64,000 nt of DNA, taken from the NCBI GenBank assembly GCA_030704615.1, contig CM060734.1, positions 2,790,001 to 2,854,000 on the forward strand. Reading direction: 5' to 3'. This stretch comes from Takakia lepidozioides (Eukaryota > Plantae > Bryophyta). Under the pieces are notes generated by a model. That model made no database searches. It was not told the DNA's origin and saw only the letters and a program-made list of their open reading frames with translations. This document shows positions 60,301 through 64,000 of this stretch, one piece after another; position 1 is the stretch's first letter; every line of letters begins with the position of its first letter. A program made the translations under genes and the position numbers.

Positions 60301-63300
60301 TGCTGTAATTTCAAAGATGACAGAGAGCTGTGGTCTACCAGCTGCATGTAAATCAGCTAATAGAGGCTCAGAAGGAAATATATTGCAAAGAGTTGTGCCG
60401 TGGCAACCACCATGGAGGTAATGATAAAAGATTCTGGTTGGCCTTATAGCATTTGTAAAGGCCGGTAAATGGTCAGCAAGTACACGCTTTAAGGAATAAC
60501 AAGGTGCAGTGGTGACTTGTATGCTTGAGATTGTGAAAACCTTTGAAATGCACTACAGCATTCTTGGCCGTGAATAGTGAGGGGTTTTCTAAAGAGAGGA
60601 GGAATGCAGGTCAAAGAACTGCTCCTATGGACTGGACTATATCACAAAGGGATACAACGCGCCCATTAGTTCTTCTGAGATTGCTGAAACAATAGAGCAT
60701 CTAAAGGGCTATAAAGCTAGTGGGTGTGATGGTAATGTTGAAGAGTAATTCAGCATGGTGGCGATCCTATGGTGGAGGCCCTTGCCCTCCTCTTTCACCT
60801 TATTTGGAAGACTGAAGTGATGCCCTTTCGCTGGAGGGAGGATGTCATTGTCATTCTGTATAAAAAAGGCTACAGAGAAGGGCCTGGGAACTACAGCTGC
60901 ACATCTTCGCGCAGATAGCTGTTTTGTAGGATAATAAGCACCCGTCTTGAGGTTGATTGGGAGTCTAGAAGTGTTTTCCATGAAGGTCAGGTGGGCTTCC
61001 GGAGAAACAGGGGCTGCGTCGACGATATCATTACCCTAAGCCAGACTATTTAGGGAAGGAAAAAGAAGGAAAATCCACCTTTGTCGTCCTCCTGGATGTA
61101 AAAAAGGCTTAGGACACGGTATTGCACAACGGGCTGTGGCTTCGTCTGTGGTCTTCTTGGGGTCAGGGGAAAGATGTGGAGGATGGTTAACAACCTGTAA
61201 GAGAACACCAAAAGTTGTGTTATGGTCAATGGCCGGAAGTCTAGTTTCTTTGACATTGACCGAGTTGTAGTTCAAGGTTCTACCCTCTCCCTACTGCTCT
61301 TCAATGTTTTCAGTAATGAGCTCCTTGAAAATGTGGAAGGCAAGGGATTTGGGTTCAAGGTGGCTGATGCCACCATACCAGCTCTTATGTTTGCGGATGA
61401 CTTTGCGGGCCTGAAGGATATCCATCCAATGTTCAGGAGTCTATTGATTGTGCGAAGAGGTACTTTGACCTGTGGAGGCTAGAAGCCAACTTGCGGTGAT
61501 GGCCTTCAATGATCGTGGGGAGGGAGTAGGGGATCTCAAGTGGACATGGAGCAGTGAAGCGATCCCCATGCTCCCTTCCTACACTTATCTAGGCGTTGAG
61601 TTTTCCTACAGTTTTAACTGGGATGTGTATATGCAAAAAGTGGTTCAAACAGCTAAATGCAAAGTTTTGTGTCTCACTCAAATTTTCCACTGCAGAGGGA
61701 TTATACTGAAGCTAAATGGACCATGCTTGAAATGTTATTAAGAGTACGCATCTGCTGTATTGGTTGGCAACACCAACCATGCTAAAACTTTACAATCCAT
61801 TCAGCTTTCGGTGCTCAAAGAGAGAATGTTGGCGTCTTGAACTGCTAGTTCCTTGCTGTGGGCTGGCTTGTTTGTCCTCTATTCTGTCATGCATACTACT
61901 TTGGAGGTCGTTTCTGATAGCCTGTTTCTGTCCTGCTCGGTGAGGATGACATCTGGTAGTGGTCAAATCAGGGCATAGTGTCCTCAATGTGTGTCACAGG
62001 AGGATCCCTTCTCCTGGTGCAAACAATGGTCGCTGGCAGCCAATGTGGCGGTAACCAGCGAAGGCCATATAGGAAGATGTTGACACTGAAGATTGCCTCA
62101 TAATCGAGGGGAGCGGATTTGACTATCTCCCCATGTGACTGGAAATGGTGTAAGTGCTCTTAGTGCTTAGCACCCTCCTCAAAAGAGAGATCTGTAGTGG
62201 TTCCATCATTGTTTCCCACTTAATTTCTGGGATCCTAGGTCCCCAAATCTCACTGGCATGCATGGTGGTGGGGCTTACAACTGCCCTGAATAGCTGTTTC
62301 CTCCCGTTTGCGTTGTGTATAGCTGGTTGCACTGGCCTTGCAGTCGGAGAGAGCGGTTCTGCCTTTGCCTAATCTATCCTGTGCTACCAGATTGGATCAG
62401 ATGGTAAGCACATAATCAGCATTCCAAGATAGCTGTAGCATGTTATTGTCTCGTTCCTTAGCCTGGGTGGAAGAATTGGTGAGCTTGCCATTGTGGTCTG
62501 TTTAAGACAAGAATCTTTGTCTTCATCGAGTGTTAGACCTAATTTAGATTAGGAAGCAATCATCCCTACAGTTGTGACACTTCACATCTGAATAGATGTG
62601 ACTCTTCCTTAGTATAGGACCTAAGGAGAAAACGTTATTAAGAAGTTACTTTATAATATAAAAAGAAGATTCCCTCTCTCTCTCTAATCTGAATGCTCTC
62701 ATTTTATTACATGGTATCAGAGCTATCATGTGAAACCAACTAAAGTTGTGTAGTGGGATCCACGACGGACTGAGCTGCACTTATAGCCTGCTTATCACCT
62801 CATAGGCAGCCAACTGGAAATGAAGTCAGGGTTAATGAGAGGAAGATCACGGGGGCTGCCACTTTCTCCTCACCTGCACTAACCTGCTGCTGTGTGGCCA
62901 TGAGTGTTGTAGGCATGGATGATCCTCTATACGATGCTCTTCTTCACAGGTGCAAAGCTGGCACCCACCTTAGTGGCATATCCAAGCTGCTCATGTCCGC
63001 AGTAGGGCAGTAAACAACAATACATGTTTGTTGAGAACTTGTTCACGTATGTAGTGGATTTGTATGGCGATGTGCTTGGTTCTGTCGTGGAATTTGGTAG
63101 TGTCAATCAGAGCAATAGCACTCTGATTATCAAAAGTCGTGGGATCAGTGGCATTAAGAAAGCCAAGGTCTTGGAGTAGATGACGGAGCCAAATAGCCTC
63201 AGTGCTAGCTTTGGTCAAGGCCATGTACTCGGCCTGAGTGCTAGACAAGGCAATGGCCCGTTGCTTGCGACTGGCCCAGATAATAACACCAGCAGAAAGA

Positions 63301-64000
63301 ATAAAAGTGTATCCGGAGGTGGGATGTCTAGAATCGAGATTGCCACCAACCTTCTAAACAAAACCAGTACCAAGCAGGAAATTTAATGAACATCAAATTG
63401 AACTAGATCCCAAGCGTCCAGCAGGTTGGGTGGCACATAAGGGAAATCAAGCCGACATCCTCACAAAGCCTCTTGGCTTTGTTAAACACTCCTATCTTCT
63501 TAAGAAGTTAGGGTTGTTTGGAGGAGAAGCTGAGGATGATGCTTCCTAAGTGGGAGTGTTAGACCTAATTTAGATCAGGAAGCAATCATCCCTACAGTTG
63601 TGACACTTCACATCTGAATAGATGTGACTCTTCCTTATGAAGAGTCATCTTCCTTAGTATAGAACCTAAGGAGAACATTATTAAGAAGTTGCTTTATAAC
63701 ATAAAAAAAGATTTTCTCTCTCTCTCTAACCTGAATGCTCTCATTTTATTACATCGAGTTCAGCTGCAGTTGCAAGGCTGCCTTCCCCCTACCCTGTTTG
63801 GCATTTACAACAACGCCCTGGAGGAATTCATCCAAGCCAGAGGTGGCATTGGAGTCAAGCTTGATGGTGGACCTAAACAGAAACGGCCTGTGTTAGAAAC
63901 TTAGACCTGTCCTCACTTCTGCTGACGGCCGCTGTGGAATGTGTGCATTGAACAGGAGCTTGCTGAGGGTGGCTCATACAGCTGCCCTGAGTGCAGAAAG
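51364..64000 (+). CDS. Trithorax-class histone H3K4 methyltransferase ATX3/ATX4/ATX5-like, partial (PWWP plus first PHD; continues beyond the window)
   Basis: Phase-consistent GT-AG exons 51364-52497, 53047-53102, 53485-53713, 53902-54009, 54212-54280, 54489-54557, 63956-64000. Motifs LPSRLRDS; IVWAKSGKRNDPVWPAKVIDP..CVMFYG..RDYAWVKHGMIFPF (PWWP); KSKQYCGACKKVW..QCDYCGIWVHADCD..YSCPECR (PHD). SET domain not in window. Confidence 0.88.
54880..58400 (-). mobile_element. Degenerate, internally deleted APE-RT LINE in the 9.4-kb intron
   Basis: CAGQETW, VYMP, NSNGRRL (APE); KAGGPDGI, QAGFRRNRDC, FLDVKKAYDRVW, LMFANDFA (RT); 3' Zn knuckle; unrelated insert ~56425-56875. Confidence 0.88.
58680..59330 (-). 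mobile_element. LINE 3' fragment, same family
   Basis: CQCPMCRRPEGNIHFLIH; AKSWQKKVEEIFKYLNI. Confidence 0.8.
60420..61850 (+). mobile_element. LINE RT fragment, same family, opposite orientation
   Basis: VVQGSTLSLLLFNVF..LMFADDFA; YTYLGVEF. Confidence 0.85.
62000..63930 (-). mobile_element. Older LINE RT fragment, split by the Copia mini-element, with an inverted 5' piece (~63770-63930)
   Basis: Minus strand QLNSMKTKILV across the TSD and LFRAVVSPTTMHASEIWG; plus strand QGCLPPTLFGIY and PVLTSAD. Confidence 0.6.
62531..63753 (+). mobile_element. Non-autonomous Ty1/Copia-derived mini LTR element (TRIM-like, 1.2 kb)
   Basis: LTRs 62531-62711 and 63557-63753; TSD TCGAG; PBS TGGTATCAGAGC 62712-62723; PPT AAGTGGGAG; sense NQADILTKPL; antisense SSTQAEYMAL..DNQSAI..RTKHI. 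Confidence 0.92.

Overview
Eukaryotic, intron-rich plant DNA, most consistent with an early-diverging land plant (inference). Positions 1-46 kb are a stack of nested transposons. From ~46.4 kb to the end lies the 5' half of a Trithorax ATX3/4/5-like gene (PWWP plus PHD) with LINE-filled introns. The centrepiece is two related giant Mutator-like (MULE) elements, one inserted inside the transposase of the other: outer 10622-40212 with a 12-bp flanking direct repeat, inner 13949-27376 with an 11-bp flanking direct repeat. Each has a minus-strand GCM-like/DDE/SWIM transposase, a divergent multi-exon cargo gene with a ParB/Srx-fold domain (DGNHRLLA), and arrays of its own palindrome. In the inner element the cargo gene splices in phase into a beta-class amino-(N6A/N4C) DNA-methyltransferase-like domain. 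The inner palindrome is GGAAATTCGGCGCCGAATTTCC-like; the outer is a 36-bp GCTCAAACAGTGTGCGT-TG-ACGCACACTGTTTGAGC. This looks like a transposon-encoded ParB/parS-like plus methyltransferase self-targeting module, but function and novelty are inferred, not tested. Both copies carry inactivating lesions. Also present: a full-length chromovirus-type Ty3/Gypsy, solo LTRs of the same family, RNase H plus restriction-like-endonuclease LINEs, CACTA ends, APE-RT LINE fragments and a 1.2-kb Copia-derived mini-element.
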